From Octopus vulgaris (lineage: Eukaryota), in NCBI GenBank assembly GCA_951406725.2, contig OX597839.1, positions 19,158,001 through 19,222,000 on the forward strand: a stretch of 64,000 nucleotides of DNA, read 5' to 3'. Shown here piece by piece: positions 1-14,294 of this stretch; position 1 is the first letter of the stretch, and each line of letters opens with the position of its first letter. The notes under the pieces were generated by a model. That model saw only the letters and a program-made list of their open reading frames with translations. It was not told the DNA's origin and did not search any database. The translations under genes were made by a program, and so were the position numbers.

Positions 1-438
1 CGAGGCTGGCCTTTTGAAATACAGGTATATCTCACTTTTGCCAGCTGAATGGACTGGAGCAACATGAAATAAAGTGTCTTGCTTAAGGAGACAATGTGTC
101 ACCGGGAATTGAACTCACGACCTTCCAATCGTGAGCCGAACTCCGTAACCATTAAGCCATGCGACTTCACTTGAAACCGATATTATATATGCTTAAGGTA
201 GCGTACTTTCAGAATCCTTAGCACATCAGGCAAAATGTTTAGGGATTAGGGTATTTAGTTCACTATCGTAAGGTCGTGTTTTCGATTCTTGGCGGCGCGA
301 TGTGCCCTTTAAGAAGATGCTTTATTTCTCGTTGTTCCGGCCCGATACGCTACCAAAAATGAATAGTGAGTGTAATTGAAAAGGGCCAGCCTTGTCACAA
401 TCTATGTCACGCTGAATCTACCCGAGAACTACGTTAAG

Positions 439-509
<71 letters not shown>

Positions 510-513
<4 letters not shown>

Positions 514-722
514 GTGTATATGTTTGTGTTTGTCCTCCGACATCGCTTGACAACTGATGGTGGTGTATTTTCATCCCCGTTACTTAGCGGTTCGGCAAAA
601 AGAGACCGATAGAATAAGTACTAGGCTTACAACGAATAAGTCCTGGGGTCGATTTGCTCGACTAAAGGCGGTGCTCCAGCATAGCCGCGGTCCAATGACT
701 AAAACAAGTAAATGAGTAAAAA
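510..722 (+). mobile_element. SINE family A 3' half
   Basis: catcgcttgacaac...aaggcggtgctccagcat...aacaagtaaa. Confidence 0.8.
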
Positions 723-742
723 AGATATACGTTTATATTAAC

Positions 743-1020
743 ACTGTCGGTTATGACAACGAGGGTTCCAGTTGATCCGATCAACAGAACAGCCTGCTCG
801 TGATATCAATGTGGAAATGGTTGAGCACTCCACAGAGTGTACTCTTAACACAGTTTTCGGGAAGAATCAGCGTGATGCAGAATGTGACTAGGCTGGCCCC
901 TTTGAATTTCTGGTATTACTGATTTTTGTCAGCTGAGTGTACTGGAGCAAAGTGAAACAAATTATCTTGTTCGAGGACGCAACGCGGCGCCGGGTTTCGA
1001 TCTCATTAACTTATACGATC
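743..1020 (-). mobile_element. SINE family C, diverged
   Basis: ctgtcggttatgacaacgagggttccagttgatccgatcaacagaacagcctgctcgtg matches 5052-5111. Confidence 0.75.
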
Positions 1021-1484
1021 CTGACGACCTTTCAGTTTCCCCATCTAGAAAATCCACAAGCAAGGATTTAGCCGGCCCCGATGCCGTAGTAGAAGACACT
1101 TGCCCAACTTACCATGCAATAGGACCGAAACCAGAACCATGCGGATGAGAAGCGAGCTTCTTATCACATAACCACGCTTGCGTCAAATGATGATTTTCAA
1201 ATTTTTTAAATATTTGAAAAAAATTTTCCGTTTGTTGGGTGAAGTAGCAATAAAAAAAGAGGTCAGTCCACCCATCTGGCACAACATGGAAGCAGATTGG
1301 GAACAAAAAACAATAACAAAGCAACAACAAAACAGCAAAAAAGACAAATGAAAAACACCCTGTGTTGTATTTAGTGTTTCGGTTGTACATCTGCTATAAA
1401 TATTTATTATGTCTGCCTAAAACATGTATCTGTCACAATTTATCAGATTCAACATTTAATTATAAATGTAGATAAGCGTTAATT

Positions 1485-2595
1485 TATCATCATCATCATC
1501 AACATCGTCGTCTTCGTCGTCATCATCATCGTCATAATGATGGTTATTATCATAATCATGATCAACGTCTTTATCATCACCACCAGCACCATTATCACAA
1601 TCAGCCCCCTCGCGACCACGACCGTCCTCATCATCACCATTATCATCACAATCATCATCATCATTATCATCATCCTGCCAACACTACCACCACCATCACT
1701 ACCACCATCATCATCCTCATCATCATCTTCGTCGTCCATTACCACCACTTTCACCATCGTCACATCATCATCTTCATCATCATCATCATCGTCATCATCA
1801 CATTACAACCACCACCAGCGCCACCAACACCACCATCATCACATCATCATAATCATCATCATCGTCGTCACCACCCTCACCTTCATCATCATCATCATCA
1901 TCATTGTCATCATCATCACCACCACCATCGTCAAGATCATCATAACCATCGTCATCAACAACCACCACCACCGCATCATCATTATCATCATCATCACCAT
2001 TACCACTATCATCACATCATCACATCATCATCATCATCATCATCATTACAACAACCAACGCTGTCTTCTGTCTTCACTCCTTCCATATTTTTTGTTTGTT
2101 ATTATCCCCCCCCCCCCATTCACAGCCACCACCAGTACCTCTACCACCGCCGACACCACGGCAACCATCATCAACAAAAAAACAACAAAAACAAAAGCGA
2201 CAGTATATTCCCATAATGACCACCACCACCAGCCTACCAACGATTATCATCATCATCATCATCATCATCATCATCGCTACTACCTCCTGCCTCCATAATT
2301 AGTGCCAAAGGCGCTACTAGTTTTGCTGCTGCTGCTACACTACCACTATTGCTACTACTACTACGACTACCACCACTATTGCTACTAATACTACCAACAA
2401 TATTGCCATTATTACTACCACCACTATTGCTACTACTACTACCCCCACTATTGCTACTACTACTACCACCACTATTGCCACTACTACTACTACTACCACC
2501 ACTATTGCCACTACTACTACTACTACAACTACTACCACCACCACTGCTGCTGCTACTACTACTACTACTACCATCACCATTGCTACTACAACTAT

Positions 2596-2633
<38 letters not shown>

Positions 2634-3228
2634 ATGATGCTGCTACTACTGCCGCTCCCACTATTACTAGCTCAATCGTCACCACCACTACTACTACTAC
2701 TGCTACAACACCCACCAAAGCCACCATCGCCATCACCGCGAAAAGAGCTAGAGTACCATGACCATCACCACCACTATTTACTGCCAGCGGGGCCGCCATT
2801 GCAATTACCACCAGCCCAACACAAGCCGCTCTCTCCACAACCACCACCAACCACCACCACCACCACCACGACCGACAACGCCACCAGGACCAACAACACC
2901 ACCATCTCCACCGCAATCACTACCACCACCGCCATAACCACCACCGCCATAACCAACACCACTAACATTTCCACCACCATCACGACCGCCACCGCCACCA
3001 TGACTAACAACACTACCATCTCCACGACCACCAACACAATCACAACCACCCCCGCCATGACCAACAACACCATCGCAACCACCACAATCACAACCACCAT
3101 CACCACGACCGACACCAGTACCATCTCCACCACCACCACAACCACCATCACTTCTGTCAAATCACATTACTACTACTACTACTACTACTACCACCATTAC
3201 CACACCACCATCACCACTGTCAACCCCC

Positions 3229-3259
<31 letters not shown>

Positions 3260-3408
3260 TTACCACACCACCATCACCACTGTCAACCCCTCACTACTAC
3301 TACTACTACTACCACCATTACCACACCACCATCACCACTGTCAACCCCTCACTACTACTACTACTACTACCACCATTACCACACCACCATCACCACTGTC
3401 AACCCCTC

Positions 3409-3443
<35 letters not shown>

Positions 3444-4360
3444 CACTGTCAACCTCCTCACTGCTACTAGTGCAACCACCACCACCACCACCACCACCAC
3501 CACCACCACCGCTGTCAATAAGTTTAATCATTCGTGTCGAGGCTGTATTGCAAGCAATGGTGTGTGACGAAACGCCATTAAACTATCAATACAGGTTAGG
3601 TAATTGAGTTTGAATGAATGGTGGTGGAGTGTTGTAGTTGGGTGGTAGTAGACGTGGTGTAGTAGTATAGAATGTGGCTGCAGCTGTGGTGGTAGTCCAT
3701 GTGGTGTTATAGTGCAGACTGCAGTCGTGTTTGTGGTATAGTAGTCGTTGTGAAGCATCTGTAGCGGTGATGGTGCATGTGGAAGTGGTGGTTAGGTGGT
3801 AGTAGATGTGCATTTGTAGAGAATGTGGTTGTGGTGGTAGTAGATGGGGTGCATTAGTACAGAGTGCAGTAGTGATGCTGTTCTAGTAGTGGTTGTGGAG
3901 TTAGTGTTTGTGGTGGTTGTAAAGGTTGTAGGAGTAGTTGTGGTGCTAGTTGTGGTGGTAGCAGTAAACGTAGTGCTTTGTTAGATAATGCAGTAGTGGT
4001 TCTGGTACAGCAGTGGTCGTGATACAGGATGTGGTGGTAGTAATTATGTGGGTAATGGCTGCAGTGGTAGTAGACATGTATTAGTAGAAAGTGCAGTAGA
4101 AGTTGCAGTGTGGTAGCGGTTGTAGAAGAGGTTGTGGCGGTAGTGGCTAAAGTGGTAACAGATGTATTTTAGTAAAGAATGTGGTAGTGGTTGTGGGAGT
4201 AGTATTTGTAGAAGTAGTGGTTGTGATAGTACAGGTTGTGGTAGTAGTGGTTGTGGCCGTAGCAATTGTGGTGGTAGAGGCTGTGATGTAGTGGTGTGTG
4301 GTAGTAGCGAAGGTTTTTGCAGTAGCTGCAGACGTAGTAGTTGCGGTTGAAGTAGACATG
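1485..4360. repeat. Compound degenerate trinucleotide tract: (CAT/CAC/TAC)n switching to (GTA/GTG)n
   Basis: Visible directly; source of the poly-I/H/T/L/V ORFs. Confidence 0.85.
3140..3470 (+). repeat. Minisatellite, ~6 units of ~58-61 bp built on a (TAC)n core
   Basis: Repeated accaccatcaccactgtcaacccctca(cta)n...ccaccattaccac. Confidence 0.85.
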
Positions 4361-4524
4361 GTGTATTGGTACAGAATGAGAGAGATCTCACTGTTATTTC
4401 TAGCATAATGTGTGTCTACATAAAGTAGTGGTTTTTCAACTATTTCTCTTAATTATGAACCAATATATTTGCTATTTTATTCTCGTGAAACCTCATAAGC
4501 ATCTAGTGTTGAAAATCTATCTCT

Positions 4525-4930
4525 CTTTTACTCTTTACTCTTTTACTTGTTTCAGTCATTTGACTGCGGCCATACTGGAGCACCGCCTTTAATCGAGCAA
4601 CTCGACCCCGGGGACTTATTCTTTTGTAAGCCCAGTACTTATTCTATCGGTCTCTTTTTGCCGAACCGCTAAGTAACTGGGACATAAACACACCAGCATC
4701 GGTTGTCAAACAATGCACAGACACACAAACACACACACGCATATATATATATATATACATATATACGACGAGCTTCTTTCAGTTTCCGTCTACCAAATCC
4801 ACTCACAAGGCTTTGGTCGGCCCGAGGCTATAGTAGAAGACACTTGCCCAAGGTGCCACGCAGTGGGACTGAACCCGGAACCATGTGGTTGGTAAACAAG
4901 CTACTTACCACACAGCCACTCCTGCGCCTA
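4525..4930 (-). mobile_element. tRNA-derived SINE family A, full length, with internal (TA)n/(TG)n
   Basis: Head ggcgcaggagtggctgtgtggtaag...ggttccgggttcagtccc (A/B boxes); tail tgactgaaacaagtaaaagagtaaa; many copies in the window. Confidence 0.88.
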
Positions 4931-5047
4931 TAGATATTTCTTTCAAAATTCCTATTTTGTCTTTCACTTTCCGATTTTGTCTTTCATGCCCAAACTTAAA
5001 GAATTAGAACTGATAGAGAACACAGGTTTTCAACAAGATAGTGGAAG

Positions 5048-5426
5048 CACTCCGTCGGTTACGACGACGAGGGTTCCGGTTGATCCGAATCAACGGAACA
5101 GCCTGCTCGTGAAATTAACGTGTAAGTGGCTGAGCACTCCACAGACACGTGTACCCTTAACGTAGTTCTCGGGGATATTCAGCGTGACACAGAGAGTGAC
5201 AAGGCCGGCCCTTTGAAATACAGGTACAACAGAAACAGGAAGTAAGAGTGAGAGAAAGTTGTGGCGAAAAAGTACAGCAGGGATCACCACCGTCCCCTGC
5301 CGGAGCCTCGTGGAGCTTTAGATGTTTTCGCTCAATAAACACTCACAACGCCCGGTCTGGGAATCGAAACCGCGATCCTATGACCGCGAGTCCGCTGCCC
5401 TAACTACTGGGCCATTGCGCCTCCAC
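5048..5426 (-). mobile_element. tRNA-derived SINE family C
   Basis: Head gtggaggcgcaatggcccagtagttagggcagcgg...ggtttcgattccc; body shared with 1-170, 247-442, 743-1020 and 26000-26275. Confidence 0.82.
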
Positions 5427-5969
5427 CCAACAAGATAGTGCACCTTATAAGGCGGCGAGCTGGCAGAAACGTTAGTACGCTGGGAGAAATGCTTAGCAGT
5501 AAAAATTTATAGTGATTAATATAAACAAAACTGAACTAAGACAAATTACTCACACTGACCAGTAGTATGTAGATGAATAACTTAGACAAATACAGGTATA
5601 ACAGATACTATACAACATAAATGATTTCTTTAAATCATCTCCACCGATAGAGAATGTGTCATAACGGCTAAATGGCAATGAAGACCAGTTCCACGTGAGA
5701 AGGGGAGATAATATGAAGAATCATGAATTATCCAAACTGGATCTGTTATTAAGGAAAAAGACAGGTTTATTGCCTGGAGATAAGAGAAAATTCGTGGACC
5801 CGCCATTCTGTTTCAGCATTCGTGATCAAAACGAAAATTTTCAACCTCTCTCCTGTAGACAAAGAATGTACTGCTTTTTCGTATTAAGTCCTTTGGCTAC
5901 TGGACATACGTCGGACAGTTGCCATGCTAGTGACAAACACACACAAACACACACACACACACACGTATG

Positions 5970-6165
5970 TAGTTCGAATTTACAGAAAACAAAAAGACGA
6001 AGACAGGTGAAAGAAAAACAAGCAAGTGTATTAGTTTGATACTCGGGAAGAATGGAAAAGTCTTTAACGTTTCGAACCTATGCTCTTTAAGTGAAAGGAT
6101 TGAGTGGAAAAAAGAAGAGAGAACGAAAAAAAAAATAACGGAGAGAGAAAAATATATGGATGCAT
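5970..6165 (-). mobile_element. Decayed solo PLE pseudo-LTR, paralogue of 35190-35375
   Basis: Shares aaagacgaagacag...gtattagt...ctc(g/a)gga...gaaaagtcttt(a/t)acgtttcga; hammerhead core degenerate at 6062-6096. Confidence 0.62.
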
Positions 6166-6534
6166 GTGGAGGTGGATGACTACTTATGCGATGACCGTAC
6201 TATTGAGAAACATTTGTAATTTTCTCTCTGTTTACTGTTTTCCTCGTCTATCCTTGTCGCAAAAGAGCAAATGCACAAAACATTAACGACCGCTAATTTT
6301 CCTGAGTGCAAAACTAATACACCCTGCTTATTTTCCTTTTTACCCAGTACTCTCTTACCTAGTACTTTAAAAAATATTTTTGTACTATATGTATATCAGT
6401 TGGTTGTTTATCGCATACCTACTCCATTCGCTACATTTGAATTTTTATTCAGACACACAGCGATTCCAGTTGCTAACCGTAAACTATAAAATAACTATTT
6501 TCAGCTTATCTAACTTCGATAGGGGGAAAATTTA

Positions 6535-6897
6535 CGCACAGGTGTGACTGTGTGGTGAGAAGCTTAAGGCGGCGAGCTGGCAGAAGCGTTAACACGCAGG
6601 GCGAAATGCTTAGCGGTATTTCGTCTGCCGTCACGTTCTGAGTTCAAATTCCACCAAGGTCGACTTTACCTTTCATCCTTTCGGGGTCGATAAATAAATT
6701 ACCAGTTACGCACTGGTGTCGCTGTAATCAATTTAATCCGCTTATCTGTCCTTGTTTGCCCCTCTATGTTTAGCCCCGTGTGGTTCCGGGTTCAGTCCCA
6801 CCGCGTGGCACCTTGGGCAAATGTCTTCTATTATAGCCTCAGGTCGACCAAAGCCTTATTAGTGCATTTGGTAGACGGAAATTGAAAGAAGCCCGTC

Positions 6898-6957
<60 letters not shown>

Positions 6958-7122
6958 TTGTGTGTTCCCCCACCATCGCTTGACAGCTGATGTTGGTGTG
7001 TTAACGTTCCAGTTTACTTAGCTGTACGGCAAAAAGAGACTGATAGGATACTAGGCTTACAAAGAATAATTCCTGGAATCGATTTCTTCCACTAAATGAC
7101 TGAAACAAGCAAAAGAGTAAAA
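6535..7122 (+). mobile_element. SINE family A interrupted by a family B copy (6567-6777)
   Basis: The A head breaks after gagaagctt and resumes at tggttccgggttcag after the B element. Confidence 0.8.
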
Positions 7123-7219
7123 GAACCTTCTAAGCCTGCTCGAAGCTTACTGACTTCCTACATGTTGATACTTCGATTTTACCTTTACACACACACACAC
7201 ACACACACCCATATACACG

Positions 7220-7404
7220 TTTACTTGTTTCAGCCATTTGACTGCAGCCATGCTGGAGCATCGCCTTTAGTCGAGCAAATCGACCCCAGGACTTATTCTT
7301 TGTAAGCATAGTACTTATTCTATCGGTCTCTTTTGCCGAACCTCTAAGTGGTTGTCAAGCGATGCTAGGGGGACAAACACAGACACACAAACATACACAC
7401 ACCC

Positions 7405-7405
<1 letters not shown>
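7220..7405 (-). mobile_element. SINE family A 3' half (left flank of the PLE insertion)
   Basis: tttacttgtttcagccatttgactgc...ggggacaaacacagacacac matches 4540-4735. Confidence 0.85.
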
Positions 7406-7467
<62 letters not shown>

Positions 7468-7514
7468 TACATATATATATATACATATATATATACATAT
7501 ATATATATACATAC

Positions 7515-7947
<433 letters not shown>

Positions 7948-7956
7948 TATATTAGG

Positions 7957-9112
7957 ATGGGCCCCAATTTCGCCAATCTCTTTCTTGGCTACATTGAGGC
8001 CCAAGTGTTCTCCCAGTTCTCTGGGCCGACCCCCGAACTATACGGTCGCTATATCGACGACTGTGTAGGTGCCACCTCCCTTTCCCGGGAACTTCTCGGC
8101 CAATTCATCTCTTTCCTTTCCAACTTTCACCCCTCTCTTCAATTCACCTCCACCATCTCCAACACCTCTGTCAACTTCCTTGACATCTCTCTCCGCATCG
8201 ATCACCCCTCCAGCTCTCTCACCACCACCGCCTTCTTTAAACCTACGGATTCCCACCTCTATCTCAACTTCTCTTCCTCCCACCCCTTCCACACCAAACG
8301 AGCCATCCCCTACTCCCAGTTCCTCCGCCTCCGACGTTTGTGCAGCCGCGACCAGGATTTCGAGACCCAATCTCAATACCTGGCCCGCATGTTCGAGACT
8401 CGAGGTTACCCACCCACACTCCTCTCTGATGCCCTCACCCGCGCCCGTCGCATCGACGGCACTACCGCCTTGTCTCCTTCCCCCGCCCACCCCCAACCGC
8501 ACCCCCTTCCCCCTCCTTTTCCACCCCTCTACCCTACCCCTTCGTCGCAAGATACTACGTGCCTTCCGTCGCCTCCAGCTTGATCCCACCACCCGCCCCA
8601 TTTTCCCTAACCCACCCCTGTCCTCTTTTAAACGAGCCCGCAATCTGCGTGACCTCCTGGTCCACAGCACCCTCTCCCCTTCCCCCTCAGCCCCACACGG
8701 ATCATTCCCTTGCTCTAGATCCCGCTGCAACACTTGCCCCTTCATCACCAACACCACCGCTGTCACCGGCTCCAACCTGCATACTGTACGCATTAGGCAC
8801 TCTTTTACGTGCACCTCGTCTGGCCTTATTTACTGCATTAAATGCAACCTATGCGGGATGCTGTATGTAGGTCAGACGGGACGCCGGTTGTCCGACCGTT
8901 TCACTGAACACTTGAGGGACGTTCGCCTACACTCTTTTTCTCCCGTCGCACGCCACTTCCGCTCGGCCGGCCATTCCCGAGATGACATCTCAGTGTTTGG
9001 TCTCGCCCCCCACAATGGTCGCCCACTTTCCAGGCTCCACTTGGAGCAACGCTACATCTTCACCCTACAAACTACCACCCCACACGGACTTAACACAGCC
9101 CCCTCCTCTTGA
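7957..9112 (+). pseudogene. Penelope-like reverse transcriptase-GIY-YIG endonuclease ORF, 5'-truncated, one frameshift near 8490
   Basis: ORF 7957: [19 protein letters not shown] catalytic motif, [47 protein letters not shown] 8069 frame continues with FKRARNLRDLLV, Cys linker PCSRSRCNTCPFI, GIY-YIG LIYCIKCNLCGMLYVGQTGRRLSDRFTEH and EQRYIFTLQTTTPHGLN; stop at 9110-9112. Confidence 0.92.
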
Positions 9113-11975
9113 GACCGTTTTTTTTTTTTTTTCCGGACACACCACCCACACACACCCACCCACCTACCTCCCACCCACCTACCTACCTCCCACACGCCTG
9201 TTCACACACACACATACGTAGACCCATCTACGTACATACATTCACACATTTAATCACACACACACAGACACACATGCACATACACACACACATACATACA
9301 CACACGCATACATACTTACACACACACACACACAGACATACATACACACATACACACACACATACATACGCACATACATACACACACACTCACACACACA
9401 CACCGCACGTACATACCTCACACACACACACATGCACACATACATGTAGGCACATACATACATACATACCCACACATGCACACCCGTACACTGAATGCAC
9501 ACACACATACACCTTTTTGCATCCAGGCAGCCCCCCTCTTTTCTGCTTTCCGGTTTTGGCTGATGGATCCTCGGTTCCCGCGTAGCGGGGCGTTCGAGGG
9601 CCTTTGCGCTCGCGCGCCTTGGCGCGCGCTGGGGCTCGGTTGTGCCCCTTTGGGCTTGCGTTGCACTGCTTGTGCGTTGTGTGCGTGAGCGCGCTTCGTG
9701 TGTGTGGGCTTGCTTCGGATGTGCGCTTGCGTATGTTTGCATACATACCCACACACTCGCATGCATCCCTACCCACATACATACACGCACACCTACTCAC
9801 ACACACACATACACACACACACATACCCGCACACACACACACATACATACATACACACACATACCCACTTCAGACATACACACACACAGACATACACCCA
9901 TACACCCACACTCACACGCATACACACACACACATACACACGCACACGTACACATACACACACACACACACCCACATACATACATTACACTTGTATACGC
10001 ACACACTTACATTCATACACACACACACCTACACAGCCATACCCTCACTCAGACACACACATCTACCTACACACACACAAACACACACTGACACACACCC
10101 ATACATAGATACATCTACACACTCACGCCTACACACATACATACACACATACATAAACACACACACATACACATACACACACATACGCACACACGCATAT
10201 ACTTATACACATGCACACACACACATACATACACCCATATACATACACACACACATACCTACATACTCCTATACGCACATACATACACACAGACATACAC
10301 ACATACACACTCACACAAACATACACACACACATACTTACACACACACTCACCTGCACGCGCACACACATGCATGACAAACACTCATACACTCACACTCA
10401 CATACACACAACAACATAAACACGCACACGCACACACACACCTACACTCCCACACACATACACACGCACCTACATACACACACGCACGCATACACACGCA
10501 TACACACATACATTACACACGTACACACACACCTACATACACATGCACACACACACACACACAAACATGCACGGACACACCCAGACATACATACATACAC
10601 CTATATACACACGCCTACACACCTACATACACACACATATACACACGCCCACACAGCTACATACACACACATACATACACACATACACGGACACACCCAT
10701 ACATACTTACATACATACACCTATACACACACGCCTACACACCTACACACACACATGCACACACACACACATGTACGCACATACACACACATATACGCAC
10801 ACACATATATACCCACACACATGCACACACACACACATACGCACATACATGCACGCATGCACACGCGCACACCTACACGCATACACACACACACACGCAC
10901 GTACACATACATACATACACACACGCATACATACACCCATACACATACATGCATCCTACACACACATACATACACACTCACACATACATACACACACACG
11001 CACTCACTCACACACCTGTATGTTCGCGCACACACATGCACATACACACACTTCCCCACACCCACACGTACATACATACACACTCATACACACATACACA
11101 CACACACACACACACGGACATACATCTATGCACACACATATATACACACATACTCACATACATTCATCGGACACACTGCCACCCAGACATACACACAGAC
11201 ACACTCATACATCCACACGCACACATACGTACGCGCACACTCGCAGGCTCGCGCACACACGCGTTTGCGCCGGTTCGCGCACGCATGCGCCCGCATGCAC
11301 CTCGCCCTTGGACCCGACGAGACCTCCCGCCCGTTCCTGGGATGTCGCTTGTCGTTGGGTTTTCCCACGCCCGTCTCCGCGGGACCACTCTTCCATCTTC
11401 CCCTCCGCTGGAGTCCTTTTCCTAAACACCCCCCCCTTTTTTTTCGTTACACACACGCGCACACATATACACACATTGCTTAAACATATACATCACTCTT
11501 ACACACATTCAATCTACTCGCCACTAATACTACCACGACACTGGACACACACACACACTACTACTCAACACACGCTGGCACGCTACATACGCCCCCACCC
11601 CTTCCCCTCCCTCCCTTCCTCCTTCCTCCCTTTTCTCACTACTGACCTTTGTCTGCTATGCTGCTGCTATGCTGACCACCGTCTCGCCCTACCTCACACG
11701 CCTACACACAGACGCACACACTAACACATACATATATTTTTTGTTTTTTTACCTCGCCTCACACACACACATACACACACGCACACACTCACACATACAC
11801 ACACATCTGTTGCGTTACCAACCTTGTCTCCACTCTTTTGCCTTTAAAAACCCACTTTGCTCTTGTTATCGTAAACATCCGCCTTTCACCATGTGCTACT
11901 CCTAACACCAGCCGTTTTTTCTCTATCTCCGTTGCCCGCTCCGGGATCTTTCTTTCCTCTCTCTTCCTTCTTTAT

Positions 11976-12010
11976 GTTTCCGACGAAGAGCTCCGCTCGA
12001 AACGTCATAC
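11976..12010 (+). ncRNA. Minimal type I hammerhead motif with variant core CCGACGA, in the PLE pseudo-LTR
   Basis: gttt-CCGACGA-a-gagc(tcc)gctc-GAAA-cg-TC-atac. GUC cleavage triplet, one mismatch in stem I, U4C core change. Confidence 0.7.
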
Positions 12011-12101
12011 CTCCCTGCTTCCATTTCCTGAGCGCCTATTAATAATAATACTGTAATTGTTCCCTTGTTGTTGTTTTTTTGTTTCCCGTTTGGATTAAAA
12101 T

Positions 12102-12275
<174 letters not shown>

Positions 12276-12326
12276 CATATATATATACATATATATATAT
12301 ATACATATATACATATATATATATAT

Positions 12327-12401
<75 letters not shown>

Positions 12402-12429
12402 CATATATACATATATATATATACATATA

Positions 12430-12590
12430 TACGACGGGCTTCTTTCAGTTTCTGTCTATCAAGTCCACTCACAAGGCTTTGGTCAACCCGTGGCTATTGT
12501 AGAAGACACTTGCCCAAGATGCCACGCTGTGGGACTGAACCCGGAACCATGTAGTTAGTAAGCAAGCTACCTACCACACTGCCACTCCTG
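12430..12590 (-). mobile_element. SINE family A 5' half (right flank of the PLE insertion)
   Basis: tacgacgggcttctttcag...gccactcctg matches 4763-4924. Confidence 0.85.
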
Positions 12591-12638
12591 TGGTAAGTAT
12601 ACACACACTGATATACGTATATATATATATATATATAC

Positions 12639-12695
<57 letters not shown>

Positions 12696-14027
12696 AAGAG
12701 AGAAAGACAGAAGGAGAAAGAGAGATGGACAGATAGATACATAGTGAGAGTGATAGAGGGAAAAAGAGTGAGAAGGAGGTGTTTATGCAAAGTTAGTGAT
12801 AACGGAAACTGCGACGTATAAGTGGACCAAGAATAGCGGGCAGACATATTTAGCAATATGGAAATGTCATAATTGTCTTGCAAAATTGGTGAAGCTTGAC
12901 TTATTAATGGCACCGGAGTCAATCCAAAGTGCGATTAGCATCGTCACCACTATTATTAGTATTCGTGCACCACTATTATCACCAACACCAACCACCGTCC
13001 ACAACAACAACAACAATATCGCCATTACTAACTAAGAGCAGTACTACAACCACAACCAACACTGCTGTCGACGTTTGTCCACATCACCACCGATTGCTTC
13101 ACCGAAAACCATCACCACCACAACCACCGCTACCATCGCCATCGCCACCAACGTCCCCGCCATTTACACAAGCGGCACAGCCACTACCAACACTGTCAGC
13201 AGTCTCTACCTACGCAACCAAAATCGACTAAACAGTCAGCACCACCACCTCCACCACCATCACAAGAACCTCTACTACCACCACCGCCGCCATCACCACC
13301 ACCAACAACAACAGGGACAACACTACTGCCAAAGGCACCAACATCACCGCTATAACCACCACCACCACCACCACCACCACCGCTATAACCACCACCATCA
13401 CCACAACCACCTTAACCATCATAAACACCACCACTGTCGCTGCCACCATTACTGTCACATCAAGCACTGGTAGTACCAACACTACCACCACTATCACGCC
13501 ACCGTCATCTCTACCACAACTACCACCGCAAACTACCAGCACAAACGAACGCCACCACCAACACCACCAGCACCGTTACTATCCCCGGCAGCATATCGCC
13601 ACCGAACACTTCCAGTTCCATCAAGAACGACGCCACCATCCCCACCACCAACATCGTCACCGACAACAACTAGCACCACCACTAACAACAGTTACAACAC
13701 CACGAACGACTCCGCCACCAACACCATCATCAGCGCAGCCACCATCATCACAGCGGTCACCACCACCACCACCACCACTACCACCACCACCACCATATTA
13801 TCACTACCACTATCATCATCATCGTCAAATTGTCTATTTCTCAATGTCCAATTCTATATCATTAACATCTATTCTGTAACTCAGACTGTACACACACACA
13901 CACAAATATACTCATACATACACACATACATACGTACATAAATACATACAAGCATACATTCATACGTACATACATATACACATATTTATACATACATGCA
14001 CACACATATCTCTGTCTCACTCACTCA

Positions 14028-14076
<49 letters not shown>

Positions 14077-14107
14077 CATATTTATACATACATCTGCCTC
14101 TGTCTCA

Positions 14108-14150
<43 letters not shown>

Positions 14151-14183
14151 CATATTTATACATACATCTGCCTCTGTCTCACC

Positions 14184-14294
<111 letters not shown>

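Larger units (their letters stand above)
7953..12101 (+). mobile_element. 5'-truncated Penelope-like retroelement (Neptune-like): RT + GIY-YIG, long CA-rich 3' region, terminal pseudo-LTR with hammerhead motif
   Basis: Starts abruptly after a ~545-bp (TA)n tract, encodes RT and GIY-YIG motifs, ends in a hammerhead-bearing segment (11976-12010) that runs into another (TA)n tract at ~12102. Confidence 0.88.

Noticed and set aside
1479-3470. Mucin-like or hydrophobic ORFs of 253-373 aa
   Set aside because: Trinucleotide repeat tracts open in multiple frames; no signal peptide, domain or splice evidence.
3140-3470. CRISPR-like regularly spaced repeats
   Set aside because: The intervening sequence is (TAC)n rather than unique spacers; eukaryotic context and no cas genes.
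5345-5426. tRNA gene-like sequences (also ~24950, 31166, 45755-45812)
   Set aside because: A/B-box SINE heads continuing into SINE bodies or decayed; no complete cloverleaf with an acceptor stem.
9105-9135. Selenocysteine read-through of the PLE TGA stop (as in some Naiad elements)
   Set aside because: The TGA follows the normal GIY-YIG C-terminal GLN motif and precedes a T-run; domain order is RT then EN; no SECIS core recognised.
9109-11724. His/Thr-rich ORFs up to 404 aa
   Set aside because: Product of CA-rich low-complexity sequence lacking stop codons; no domain motifs.
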